Shown piece after piece: positions 1 through 13,400 of a stretch of 64,000 nucleotides of DNA. A model generated the notes under the pieces. It did no database searches and was not told the origin of the DNA. It saw nothing but the letters and a program-made list of their open reading frames with translations. Position 1 is the stretch's first letter; each line of letters starts with the position of its first letter. This DNA comes from Calcarisporiella thermophila CBS 279.70 (lineage: Eukaryota > Fungi > Calcarisporiellomycota). The translations under genes were made by a program, and so were the position numbers. The DNA lies in the NCBI RefSeq assembly GCF_041956535.1, contig NW_027192195.1, forward strand, positions 412,150 to 476,149. Direction: 5' to 3'.

Positions 1-174
1 TTGGCGGGTGCATCCGACAGAATTCGGCCCGAGTTAGATGCAGGCTCTAAGTCAGTCATCTGAAATGGTAGAATTTGACCTAATGGATTGATAGAATTAT
101 CTCATTTTTTTGCCACTTGATTCAAGCATAGTGTGACATATCGACGTCACTAGAATTAAAGTTTGAAGATTTTT

Positions 175-219
175 ACGCGTTAACATAAACAAAAAAAATT
201 TACGGACGCGAAAACGCGT
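175..219 (+). promoter_or_regulatory. Cluster of MCB/SCB-like G1/S elements plus a forkhead-like site upstream of Wee1/Swe1
   Basis: ACGCGT at 175-180 and 214-219, ACGCGAAA at 206-213, ATAAACAA at about 185-192; all lie 100-150 bp upstream of the ATG at 324. Confidence 0.6.
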
Positions 220-275
220 CCCCAGGACCGATTCCCCGAATTTTTTTTTTCTTTTTTATTTCAGACTTAAGCAAT

Positions 276-306
<31 letters not shown>

Positions 307-323
307 CTATACAAGATCATCTA

Positions 324-2015
324 ATGTCGCAACAACTAACTCCCACATTACCTCCGCCACCTTCAACTCCAATCTCCTTTGATTTTTCATCGCCGACTGC
401 TGCATCAGCTGCGCGCACCCCAGAGCATAATCCTCACGTTCAGAGAGTAAAGCCTCTTCAAACGGCGTTCATGTCCACCGGCCTCATCTCTAAACGTAAT
501 CGCGGTCAACATACCAAGCATAAGCATATCCCACCCGATACACCGTGCAAAAAACCCGCATATTACTTAACTACAGACGTTCCATCTTGTCTAGCGCTGA
601 CCCCACGTTTCGAGACTAAAAAATTGTTCGGCAAAGGAGAGAAGCGGAGGAACTCATTTCCCGATAAAATCACCCCAAATAAGCGTCTTCAGTTAATAGA
701 TCGATCATCTCTGACGAATTCTCGCGGATATTTGAATGTGCCACAACATCATGATGTCTTGGCTCCATACCCGCATTTCTTAAGGCCAGAATATTTCAAA
801 GATTATATGCGAATCGGTATGAAATCATTTCTTTTCTAGCTGTTCCAGATGATTATTGTTTATGATCAAAAATCACTTGGAGTGTTGATTAACTAATTTA
901 TTAATTACCTCTCTAGCCCCAAAATGGATGAGCCCATCATTTTTCAAAAAGCCCTCTCTGGATGACTCACCACTGAGTACCTCCACACAGGATTATTTTG
1001 ACTATCATTTCAAGCATATCTCAATAATTGGCCGCGGCGAGTTTTCAGAGGTGTCGAAGGTGCAAGATCGGACAACAGGAAAGCACTATGCAGTAAAAAA
1101 GACAAAGCTCCCCTTTATCAGTCCGAACGACCGGTATTACAATACATTGATTTTGCAGAGTTTTTTGCCATCGTCATTAGTAACCTCGCTCTTTTGCCTT
1201 TGTGTGCTAGTTTCGAGAAACTGCAAGAGGTAGCCATCATATGGTCACTAGAGTGTCACGACAACGTGATTCGGCTTGTCGATGCTTGGGAGCAGTTTGG
1301 GTATCTATACCTACAGATGGAGTTGTGCGAGAATGGAAGGTAAATATACGGGAATACATTTTGTTTTTCAGCATGATTAGTAATATATCCACATAATAGT
1401 TTATACTCGTATCTCGAGGACTGCGGGAGTAGAGAGCCGGTTGAAGAGCGACGGATATGGCGAATACTTGCCGATTTAGCCAAGGTATGTCTCTCAGCTG
1501 AAGTTATAGGAATCGTGGGATCACAGGCTAAAGTTATTTGACCCGCTCACCTCAATCTATTATAGGGACTAAAACATCTCCACAACTCCAACATCATTCA
1601 CCTAGATATCAAGCCCGCCAATATCCTAATACACAAAGACGGAAAGCTTAAAATAGCCGATTTTGGTATGGCGGCACGTCTTCCAGTTCGTAGCGGATCT
1701 GAGCATGAGGGCGATCGTGAATATCTGGCCCCCGAGATCCTTCATGGCCGCTACGACAAACCCGCGGATATCTTCAGCCTGGGGCTCATCATTCTCGAAA
1801 TGGCCGCCAACGTAATATTGCCGGAAAACGGTCCAATATGGCAGCGGCTTCGGCGAGGGGATCTGTCCGACTGCAAGGTTCAAAACTTTTCAAGTGAACT
1901 TGTACGATTAATCAGAGGCATGTTGAGCCCCGACCCAGCGGCACGGCCCACAGCAGAGCAGATTTTGTCACATCCCCTTGTGGTCGATGCTGAAAACCAC
2001 AGCTTGTTCTTGTGA
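324..2015 (+). CDS. wee1: Wee1/Swe1-family CDK-inhibitory kinase (multi-exon)
   Basis: N-terminal VKPLQTAFMSTGLISKRNR and PDTPCKK motifs; kinase motifs GRGEFS, AVKK, HLDIKPANI, DFGMA and the Wee1/Myt1-type EGDREYLAPE, split by GT-AG introns. Confidence 0.93.
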
Positions 2016-2466
2016 AGTCTTTTTTTGGTCTCTTTTACTTCTTGAATTACAATTATTATATAATACCATATTTTATACTCTATATTTTCCCTGCCAGTTT
2101 TGTAACTTTATTCCCTCTTTTCCTGTCTGTGCTTTTGTATTTTTTGCCCACCACTGTTCTTGAAATTCGTTTTCATCTTTGTCTTTGAATTCGCATTTTC
2201 TCTTTAAATATTTCTTCCCACTCCCCCCCCTTTTTTTTCTTTTGATAACATTTTTAGTAAATACTTTGCATGGATATTGAAGATTAACTCGACTCCATCG
2301 AAAATGCAAAATTGCTCCTATTGATTGAAGAATGCATCAAAAGGGTGTAAAGGGAGGTGTTATTCAACAATAGACAAAAATAAAAGAATTGTAAATGACC
2401 AAGTTGTCGAGTCCATTAAAGAAGAAAAAAAGGAGTTAAAGAAAAAAAAAGTTCTTGGATATCCAC

Positions 2467-4479
2467 TTAATCGCTGTCGTCATTAAATACAATCTTTGTA
2501 CTCTTCGCCTGCTGCATCGCCTTCTGCATAGCCTCTTTTTGCTGTTGCTTCGCAACCCAGGAGGGGTGAAGTTCTTCATCCACTTGTGGGGCAGCCTTCT
2601 TCTGCTCGCTAAATCTCTTGGCTTTGGGTTCGTGCTTGTGGCTCTGGTGTCGTTGGTCTGCACCTTTGGAGTTCGAACCACTGGTGCCTGCTCCCGCTCG
2701 ATGTGGTCCATTTTTGGATCGCTCATCTTTGTTCCCTCGGCGCTGTTGGCTCTTCTGGACATGCTTTGCATTTTTGCCGTATTTCTTTTCCCAGAGCCTA
2801 AAATATAGGGCAAACCTAAGTGAATAGCCATCCTCAGGGGGACAAGGGCAGAAGTCTGAACTTACTGTCGCCGCGCTCGCTGTCCCATTCTATTCTTCTT
2901 CAGACTCTTTCCCTCTGCTTCTTGACGCTCCCAAGGCTCCATCTCCCCATCAATAAATCCGCTCTGCAGCGAGTCAATAAATAAGCTTCCTGTATCGTTT
3001 GCTCTCCTTGCGCCGCTTCTTTTAGCGGATCCATCAATTGGCTCTCCATCAGAGTCATACCCGTCAGCATAGGGCATGCCCTCCTCGTCCTCGTCCTCTT
3101 CTCCTCTCCTCTCCCAATTCTCCCCCTCGTCCGATGCCTCCTCCTCATCAATATCTTCAAAGCTATTTCCATGCACCCTATCCTCTATTTCTCCATCGGA
3201 GTTGGAGGCTGGAGGCTGGGACTGTGCAATTTCATCGTCATCATTATCGGTGGATATATGGGAAAAATCGGTAGCCCCGCTAATCTCAACATCGCCTTCA
3301 AACCCTGTTTCCTGCTCATCGGAAACTCCTTGACTATTTTTACTTGACAGCTTCAATTTTTTCGCAACGGTTGTCTGTTAAATTATATATACAATGTTAT
3401 CAAACAATTGGCCAAGAAGAAAATATAATCTCCTCGAAAATCAGAGGCTTACACTTATGTTGTCCATTACCTCGCTCTTACTCCCCTCACCTCTCTTGCG
3501 CTTCTCAGATGTGGAGATGGTTGTGATGCTTGTCTTACCGAACAAAATAACCTCCAATCCTTTGAAAATTCTTTCAAATACTTCCTTGACGGTGTTTCGG
3601 CCCAATAATCGCGCCTCAATGGTTCGTACATGTGCATTGACATCCACCAGGGTGGCTGCGATGCTCGAAGTTTGAGGCGGAGGCGTACCTTTCTCTTCTA
3701 CTACGGTGTCGATGTACTGCTGCATAAGGGGATGTGACTTGAGAGTGGGATGCTTCGAGAGTTTTGTTCGGAGTAGTTTGTCGACAAGACGGTCGAGGTC
3801 GAGGCGTTTGACAATATCAAGATCGGCCTCGTACCTTTTCACATCCGCATCAAGCTCCTGCTCCGTTTTGGATTTCTCAGCAGTTTTCCCAGCAGTTTTT
3901 TCATCGGAGGTTTCCCCTGTCTCGACTTGGTTCCGTATCCTACATGCACAAAGCAGAGTTATTCCAATTCATCCATTCATACGGAGTCACAAGGACAGTA
4001 CATACTGTGCTAGTTGCACTCTTGCATTCCGTAGCCGCTTCACCAGCCGCTGCGTCTCAAATACCTTAGCTTTTTTGAGACCTTTCTTCAGCTCTTTCTT
4101 CTCATGGAACTATAAAAGTACAAAAATGGGTCACTCCAATCCATTAGGACTAATGGATGTCAACTGGCATTTGATAACCAAAAAAAGAAACTTACAAGTT
4201 TTCTGCTAATCTTCTCTCCTCTTAGTTGCATAAGTAATTTCTCGTCATCAGCTCCTTCTTTGGCGTCCTCCGTTGTCTTGTGGTCCTTCGATTTGCGCAC
4301 TGCAGCTTTGGCGCGTTGAATGGAAGGCTCCAACCCACACTATAGCAAAAGCGATTTGAGCATCAAGTCTCACAAGGACAATGAGGAAATAAATTAGAAA
4401 CCTTAGCCTCTAAAAGATTTATTTGCCATTTCAAATTTTCCTTTTTCTTTTTATGTGATGTCGCCTTTTGGTCGCTCAT
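2467..4479 (-). CDS. BUD22: Bud22/SRFBP1 ribosome biogenesis factor (multi-exon)
   Basis: KKNRMGQRARRQ motif, acidic middle region and C-terminal EELHPSWVAK...TKIVFNDDSD*; start ATG inferred at 4479. Confidence 0.88.
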
Positions 4480-4759
4480 TTTCTGGAGCTATTCTACAAA
4501 AAAAAGTTTGGGAACAAAATACAAAAGGCTCCTTTTTGTGGCAGTCACGCAATTTGTTTACGAACCGCTAAATGAAAATATTTCCTCTAAAAAGAATGTC
4601 CAGGCGGCTAACCGCATTCATGAGAGGCAAGCAGCCGAGGGCCATTCTTAACTAATATATGAGATTTTTATTCAGGTTTTAAGTCGCCAAACACGGCCGC
4701 AATAAAAGTGTAAAGAAAAGAAAATAAAAGTAGAAACAAAAGTGCCAAAATTTACGAAT

Positions 4760-5864
4760 TTAGACAGACTCGAGAGGTGCGGGCTCGACAAAGTCCTTGG
4801 ACTTAACCTTGGCACCGGTGTCCTCGCCAGCGTCGCCGTGGAGCTCGAGAAGCTTGGAGATGTCGAACTTAGGCGATTTGAGGATCTTGGCCTTGTGGAC
4901 GTACACGTTCTGCAAGGGATAGATGCCCTGGCATGCCTTCTCGATCTTGTGTCCGATGGACTCGGGGATGAACTTGGCAACCAGTTCCTTGAGGTCACAT
5001 GTGGAGGCTTCCTTTTGGATGATGTCGAAAATCTTCTTGCGGATCTGGCGGATCTGCGACGACTGGGCATAGGTCGTCTTCTTCAGCTGGTTGTAGCGGC
5101 GCTTGGTGAAGGCAATCACGAAGAGGCGCATAAGGTAGCCGTCAGTGGTCTTGACATCATAGTGGGCCTCGATGAGAGTCTGCCACTTGCGCACAAGCGA
5201 GCGAAGCTTGTCCGAGGTCATGCTCATGCCATGGAAGTTGGTCAAGCAGTTGCGACCCTGGATTTCATCAACGCGGAGCTTGATCTTACGGAAGGATTTC
5301 TCCTCATCCTTGTTCAGGTCACCGAGCGACATCTCGAACACACGGCCCTTGAGCGCATCATTGACATTCTCTGTATAAGACGATTAATAAAATTAATGAG
5401 ATTATGGGAGGAAATATGGGATGGATCAGCCAACTTACTCAAACCCTGGGTACGATTGGCCAGAGTCTTGCCAAAGTTGCGAACCTCGAACATGGAGGGA
5501 GCCTTAACATCGTACCAGTCCTTGCGGGAGAAGGGATCGACGCTAGATTGAAAAAACCATTAATCAATCCACAGATCGTATAGGGGGATAACAATTAGAG
5601 GGATCGAGATCTACTTACATCTTCTTCTTGAGACCCTTTTTACCTTTAGAGAGACGCCTAGATGATAGTAGGGGACAAAATTAGTATCAGTCAATGCCCG
5701 AGTTCTTAATCCATGCCATCCATGATCAAGAAACGGATTTCTTACTTGTTTTTACCGACGGCTATGAACCAAGAGAAAAAAAATTAAAAAAACACATTAG
5801 ATATCATCCTTTAGTCCATCCATCCATCCATCACAGTTGCTGCTAAAGACGGCTACATACCCAT
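4760..5864 (-). CDS. RPS1: 40S ribosomal protein eS1 (S3Ae/Rps1), 5 exons
   Basis: Exons 5861-5864, 5746-5761, 5619-5657, 5439-5542 and 4760-5370 splice to [35 protein letters not shown]...LTNFHGM...[16 protein letters not shown]. Confidence 0.98.
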
Positions 5865-6042
5865 CTTCGAGTCAAATCCTTTATATGTGTTCTCGAGAGA
5901 AGCTGAAAGAGAGGGAATCCAATTCTTTGATTTAGACAGACTTTTTGACCTCCCCGACAATAAAATAAGCCACAGCAATTTTGTGACAATACAAAGTTGG
6001 GCAGTCTCCCAAAGACACTCCCCCCCCCCCCCGAGCCCACCT

Positions 6043-8056
6043 ATGGCTGGCGAAGACGCGACATCTCCACCCCCCTTAAAAAAGCAAAGGACAGAAGAGG
6101 GCGAAATCACAAGTAATGCTCAGTCTCTTTTCCCGTTTGAAAAAACTCTATAAACCTCCCATTCTCAATTCACCCTACTCAATTGTGCTATCTCTACCTC
6201 GACAAGGACACGCAACATTAACCTCTCGCCTCCTGGAATCGGCCCCCAACGAGCTCCTACGCCTCAAGGAGCCTGATATATCTGAATGCCAATATTGTCC
6301 TCGGTGTTTCCTACGTTTAGCTGGGATTGAAGATGTGGGATTTTATTTAATGGAAGAGGAGGTAAATTTTTGATTCAACCAGAAAATTCGTTTCCTTTAT
6401 AATGACATCCCATTCGGCTCCATTAGGAATCTAGACTGGCTCTATCTAGACCTCTGCTCTCCTCTCCCTGTACATTGTGTTTGGGCATCCTCTCGTCCTT
6501 CGACACTATTGTAGAGAAAATTCAAACTCATTGGAACAGTGAGAAATACGACCTGAATCCAGACACTTCTCTCGGGCTCACGGTGTCCCTTCCGCAAGGA
6601 ACTCTGGTGCGGAGTCACGCTGCAAATATATACTTCTCGAGGCTGTCAAAGTAATTAGCGTGTTCAGTATTTTGTTATGTTTTGAAGAATATAGCTCGCT
6701 GAAGGTATATTGGTACTTTTCAACAGAGAGAATGGATGGAGATTCAACCGAAGAGATGTAGTGGATTTGAAGGAAATCGTCCGCCAGTGCATTGGGCAAA
6801 AGCTGAAGGATGTGCTTGGCGTTGGGCTTGATCTCCAGGGTGGAGCTCTGAAATTGATGCTCGAGTTTGAACACCAGGAGACGCAGAGTGACCACATGTT
6901 CCTCGCCGAGATAGAAGGGGGCGGAATTAGCGTGCGTAAAGTTCGCGAGAAGGTAACGCGAGGATTCTTCTTCAAGAGATCGAAATCACACTCATGGGAT
7001 CCTGCTGTTAGGGAAAAGAAAAGATAGTCGGTGACTCTCGACAGAATATAGTAGCTGCTCTATCGAAGCTGCCGGACAGCGAGTTTATCAAGTCAGTGTA
7101 GCATTTTGCTTCGAGTTTCCTCAGTACATACTGAGATCCTCGTTTACTCCTACTATAGGTCCGTCCCATTCCCACCCAAACCCATCACTACCACCAGCTT
7201 ACTGCGGCAGATAAAATTCAAGCACGATTCGATCTTCTTAGGAGGTAGGATACTATGTGAAAGCTTTTGGGGCGTATTTCATGATCGTGACTTCCATTTG
7301 ACCCAAATAGGCCGCTATCTCAAATACTCCAGGACCGTGAGTCAAACACCTTGGGCTCCCGATGGAGTCCGACTAACAGAGACCTCGGTGTCCGAGATTA
7401 TTGGAGACCACCTCAAGGAAGCGTATCGTGCCGATGAGTACAAGTTTGTGTCGGCGGGCCGCGAAGATGCCAATGTGCGAATGTTAGGCTCCGGCCGTCC
7501 TTTTTACATGGAGATCATCAACCCTCGTCAAATCCGGCAACAAGAAAATACTGCCTCGCTGGCAGACAAAATCAATGCCGCGCACCCGGACCTGGTGGGG
7601 GTACGTGATTTCACCCGTATTGGGGCCAGCGATGTGACGGAAATGAAGGAGGGCGAGGAGAATAAGTCCAAGACTTACAGTGCTCTGGTTTGGAGTTCCC
7701 ACCCGGTCACGGCCCCACAACTGGAGAAGCTGGAGCAGAAGTACTCAACAGGCTTTGTGGTGGATCAACGGACACCCCTTCGAGTGCTTCAACGGCGCGC
7801 TCCTCTTGTGCGACCTAAGCGGATCCACGCTCTGCAGTTTAAAACTACCGAAAACCCTCACTATTTCATTGCTAGATTCAAAACAGAGGCGGGCACCTAC
7901 ATCAAGGAGCTTGTCCACGGGGATTTGGGACGCACACGACCCAACATCGCGGAAATGATTGGTGAGGCTTGCGATCGACCTGGAGAGTGCGAGGCTGATT
8001 TAATAGAGTTGGATGTGGTAGAAGTCGATCTTGAGTGGCCACCCAAAAGACCATGA
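6043..8056 (+). CDS. PUS10: tRNA pseudouridine synthase Pus10 (multi-exon)
   Basis: N-terminal CPRC and C-x-x-C zinc ligands; GRYLKYSRTVSQTPW, AGREDANVRMLGSGRPF, QRTPLRVLQRR, AGTYIKELVHGDLGRTRP and ELDV. Confidence 0.95.
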
Positions 8057-8482
8057 TAATGGGGATTTCATTTTTGATATCATACAAAATAATATATAAG
8101 CATATAGAACTTTGACCCCTTTGACAATGGTATCTGAATAGTCAAAGGCTATCGACACAGGAGGACTGAACTGAGTCACTTAGAATTCACGACAAACAAA
8201 TCCGCCTAGACTAGCTCTAACAAGGGGTAATACTTGCTGGGTAAAATATCCACGTTTAGCTACTCTGTGACAGAAGAAAAAGTGACCTCAATATTAACGG
8301 CATCATAATAAACTTTTACGAGGGATTTTTCCGGTTGCTATAGTAACTTGTTTAACGTTTTGCGTTTTTTTTTTATTTTTTATTTTTTGCTACCTTTGAG
8401 ACCCAATACGACAATAAAGTTGGACAGAGCAGAGTGAATGGATATAATGGCAAGAATAGCAGTCACCTCAATAAAAGTCAAA

Positions 8483-8493
8483 ACGCGACGCGA
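8483..8493 (+). promoter_or_regulatory. Tandem MCB-like ACGCGA elements upstream of DCC1
   Basis: Overlapping ACGCGACGCGA about 40 bp before the ATG at 8531 of an S-phase cohesion gene. Confidence 0.4.
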
Positions 8494-8530
8494 TGCGTGT
8501 ACATATAAAATATTAGAGAAGTTCGAAATT

Positions 8531-9890
8531 ATGTCAAATCTCCTGCCGCATACAGACATTCAATTACTATTAAACACCAATTTCCACCACACGCACCGAC
8601 TCATTGAGCTCCCGAAGGATGTGGAGGACGCTTTGGTGAACGGACAAGAGTACATTATCGGATCCTTTTCTAATTCAAATTAGCCAACTGCTAACTCTAT
8701 CTCTAGAATCTACATCAAAGGGAGTCCGGATGACGAGGCTGTCCTCTGCACCAACGACAAGACCTATGCACTTCGGGAAGTACACCTCTCCAATTCATTA
8801 CTTCTCACGCGCCCTACTGAACACCTAAACCCAACACACCCTCCTTCCCCATCCTATACCATATTCGATCGACTTGCCTCCACTCTTGAATTGATTCCCA
8901 CCCGTCCTCGTACCGAACGCCTCAGAACCGAGCTCGCTGTATACCAGGGGCCCGACAGAGAGCCCCTGGACGCGCCGGCTGGCAAAACTTTTCATGAATT
9001 GCTGGAGGTTGTCCAGGCATCGGAGGAGGAGCTTCGCTCGGGACTCAGAGAGTTGGGGGGAGTTGAGATAGAGGGAAGGTGGCGGACACTGGACAAAAAA
9101 TACGAGCATTTGGTCTTGGACCTTGTTCTCCAGACATGTATTGCAGAGGACTTGGGGCTTGATGCAGTGCGGAAGTCGGATGTGGTGCGTGTGATGGATG
9201 AGCCCGAGTTTGTGATCCAGCATGTGCTGGCGAGATATGCGGAGGTGGTGTCTGAGGGTGAGTCTGGGAACCCCATTTTGGATTGCTCGGGGAAAGAAAT
9301 AGTCAACACGATAACTCTCTATCCAAACAGGGGTATACAAACTGTCGAGAGAAAAGGTGGTCCGCTTCATGGGCCAGCAGCTTTTAAGATCCCAAAAGGT
9401 AAGCGCTCCATTCAGAGTAGAAGGCTTTGGCGTGGCAGTATCTTGATATAGGTTTTCATTGTTTCCCTTCTTTTCCCCCGCAGGACAAGCGGTGGCCTCT
9501 CGACGATTTCATGCTGCTATGGCAGAAGATGGTCCCGGACGAATTCACCGTCTCCCTTGATCTTTTAAAGGTTTGAGTTATCCCTTTGCTCGCATCCATA
9601 GGCACACGGTGCCAACCCTCTTCACTCCAACTCTACAGGGAGACTATTTGTTGGACACGGAGGTATTCCACCAGTATCTCAATTACTTCCCTCGGTCGGA
9701 GCTCCCGATCGAACCGGCAGAACGGTTCCGGGCCCTCTTCGCCGAGCGCGCTCGATGGGAGGCCGCCGAGCTGTTGCCGTACGTGGAGGATTTGGCGGCG
9801 GACAAGAAAAAGCTGGACGCGCTTTTGCTGAAGCATTGCCGCAGTTCAAAGGCAGACGGGAAAACCATCTATACCCACCGAGTGAAATAA
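8531..9890 (+). CDS. DCC1: Sister chromatid cohesion protein Dcc1 (Ctf18-RFC subunit), multi-exon
   Basis: RLIELP, IKGSPDDEAVLCTNDKTYALREVHLSNSLLL, VQASEEELRSGL, and LPIEPAERFRALFAERARW...LLLKHCR. Confidence 0.92.
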
Positions 9891-10416
9891 AACTCCTCCA
9901 CTGCCCCTATACTCTGAAGTAGTAAGTCGTTCCTGCCCGTCTCTGACGCTTGGGGCGCATTGAAGTACGAGCTTAACCTTAAGCTTGGCCTCCAATACGC
10001 CCTAGCCCCATAAACAAGACGAGAAGCCAATTTAATTGTCTTTTTGAAAACAAAAATGGAGATGTGCCATTATTGTGAAGGAATTAGCTATTTCCTTTTT
10101 GCAGTATCAATCATAAAAGAGCTACAGAGCAAATATATAAAGAAAGGGGGATGTACTCTAAAGGGGAGGAAAAAGAAAAAAGAATTGAAACTAAGCAAAA
10201 AAAAAAAAAATTAAATGGAAATTTTGAGGGAAAAAAAAAGGGAAATCCAAGAAAATTAGTATAATTAAAAAAAGAGAGAGAAAGAGGATAAAGTAATGAA
10301 TATGTACATCGCCATTTCAACCCAAAAAAAGGAAACTAGAGGATAAATTACACAAAAAAAAAGGAAACCAAAAAAAAGACAGCCGCTAACTATATCTATC
10401 GATCCTCTGGTTTAAA

Positions 10417-13400
10417 CTAGTTGCTGACCATTAGCATGTTTCTCCAAATTTTTCTCTTCCTCGGTTTCTCCCTTAGCAGGATCCACTTTTACCTCGCTTT
10501 CACCAGTCTCATGGATCTCCTGTGTTCCTTCCAGCTCCTCTTCATCATCTCCAGGAGTAGTGAGGCCGAGTTCGTCGGCCACCTGTTCATCCTCGATTCG
10601 AATAACCGGAGAAGCTTATGAGAAAAATTAACACAGGTTAGCAAGCAGAGACCACAAAACAGGGCTCCTTCTGATTCAATGATGGAGAACTCACCGGACA
10701 ATCGCTTCTCAAGGCCTACAATAGCGTCGGGCGCTCCGCCCATGTAATTCACACTATTCCGATTGCTCCGGGCGCTAGAGGTACGTTTTTTCTTTCGCTC
10801 TGCGCCTCCCTCATCGCCTCCATCCTTGGCGCCCTTGACCCCTTCATTTTCCGCGAGGGCAACGCCATTCTCTTCCCTGTCTCCGCCTTCACCGGCATCC
10901 TGTTGAGAAGCTTGCTCGTTTTCCTCCTCTTCTTCTTCCTCCTCCTCCTCTCCTTCCTCATCCTCCTCTCCCTCATCGCTCAACCGGCGCGGGGCACGCC
11001 CTCCCTCCTCATTAACGTAGAATATGTACTCAAATTCGGTCATCAACAGGCCCAGGATGCCGGCAGGAATTCCTAGCGTGGGGGCAAACACAATGCCAAC
11101 ATTTCGCATGGTCATCTTGTTGATATTCGAGTTTTGCACAATGCGAATGAGATGCGCGGTGAGAGCGCGGAGGAGGGTATAATTCGCGAGGGGCAACGCC
11201 GAGACGAGTCGGCCGAGTTCGCGGACGCGAGCCCGCCTGTCCATCAGATCGATGACGTGCAGGAAATCAAGGTGGAGCTCACGGGTAAGAACGCCCATGG
11301 GCAGCTCCCGTAAGTAGAGTTTGAGAAGCCCCGTGATGGCGTGCACGTCGTAGTAGTCGGGCTGCTGGAGCAGATTGACGTCGCCCTCTAAAAATGGAGA
11401 ATAAACCATAAAACACAAGAGCAGGTTAATCAGTTGAGCCTAGTTATCGCCAAACGCCGATGAAGGGAGGCAAAAACGATTGGCCATACCGTTATTGAAG
11501 CGCTCCTTCAGCATCTTGATTGTCGACGAGCTTCCCGACAGCCGGTATATTCCCTCCTCTTTTTCGGCCCCCTTCGCTTCTAGGTATTCAATGCACCGAT
11601 AAACAACCGCAGGCAGCTCGAATTCTTTCACTTTGGCCACACGGATTGCCTCCTCGAGCGGCACGCCAAAAACTTGCTGCCTTCTTGCCTCGCCGCCCCC
11701 GCCACCCGCCGTCTTTCCGGCCACGGCCGGTCCGCCGCCTCCACCCCCGAGCAACTGCCTGAACGTGGAGGGCTCCGACTGCCCGGTGGAGCTGTTGTCA
11801 GACCGGAACATTCTCGTGAAGGCAAAAGTCATCCTTGCACGCTGCTTCTTCTGTTGGGCGGTTTCCGGCTGAAGTTGCTGCTGTTGATGCTGCTGCTGTT
11901 GGTGTAGTTCGTGGTGGGGAATGTAGGGCGACACCGCCGCATCCATGGAATCAGCCCCGCGGGAGATGTTGGCCGAGTCGAGGGATGGGGTCGGGGACGC
12001 AGAGCGATCCCACCCCACTACATCCAGACTAGCTCTTTCGAGTGGGGAGCTCGTGGGAAGAGACGAGGACATTGGCGAGGCGACGGCGGGGCTAATGCTA
12101 CGAGCGGGGTGTCTCCACCCAACTCCAGGCCCAACGCTGCAGCTCAGCTCCTCGCTCTGCTTGGACATTGGGATTCGAATTGCGCCTGTGCTCGAGTCGG
12201 AGCTCACTTGCGAAGCAGCCATGGCATTGACGCCTATCATGGGGGGCGGAGGGACCAGATCCTCGGTGCCCGCGATTGGGTGCGCGGAGCCGGGCACGGT
12301 GCGAATCTCCTCCTTCGAGACCTTCCTGCCGCCTCCACCCGACGGGGCGGATGGGTCGGCAACACCGATCCAATGTCCCAGCACCTCCACCCATTCGTCG
12401 CGCTCCTCGTCCGTTTCCGCGCACAAAATGTGCCGTGTGATGGAGGAGGATCCGGGTTTTTTGGGCTCGAGGATAAGAAAGGCGTGCAGATAGTCCGCAT
12501 TATTGGAATTAGATGTGATGGAGTCTTGAGTCGTGGGCAAATGCCGTGCTAGCTGAGCATGCGTGAGCTTGATGCATCCCAGCCAGCTTCCATCTTTCTG
12601 TTGTTTTAAATAGAGCATCCGTTAGCCCATGAAACCAAGCAGAGGATGCAAAAGAGCACTCACGCTTTCATAATAGTCGAGGATGGGAGCGTTTTTCACC
12701 ACGAAATAGCGTTTTTTCCATCCTCCGAAACTCTTGCCCCTCTTCGTCAGATACCCTTCCTTCTGTCCAACCATCTATTCGTAGATGATTTTTAAAAAAA
12801 AAATTTAAGGTCAAACTAGTCTATTCCATGTGTTCGGGGGATTCGCCCTCTCCAACTCTACCTGAGGCTGCCGCTGCTGCTGCTCCACAACATCGCTGCT
12901 CAAAAACTCGCAAATGTCGCTCGAATCGCGCATGGGTAGCGAAATGATATGTTGCAGGTATTGCTCCAACAAAAACTAAACCAAACAGAAGCACGTCAAT
13001 ATGCAGTAGGTTATACGCAGGAAAAAAAAAAGCTCTTCGTGCTTCATAGAGGGCGCGAGAGGGTACCTTGCGCTGTTCGACAATCGTAGGCGCGTGCGTA
13101 CTAAACATGCTCTTGTCCGGAAGTTTTCCGATCCGGTTCAAAATGGCTTTGCTCTCCTGGCGTTTCAGCTTTGCATCGAGAGCTAAAAAGTCGGAGTAAA
13201 GCTTCTCGACCCTCCAGAGTTCCTCAGCCACGCCGGTGTCCTGCACCTTCAATACGCTGATGATAAAGGTCAACTTTTCTTTCCCGCGTTCGTACACGCG
13301 CACGTTGGTTCCAACCACTCGGACAGAAATGCCCGCGATGGAATCAAACATCCCACCGGAGGAGGTTCGAGAAACCGGCGGAGCGCCAGGGGCCGGTTTG

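Noticed and set aside
4742-5551. 269-aa plus-strand ORF
   Set aside because: Antisense to the codon-biased RPS1 gene.
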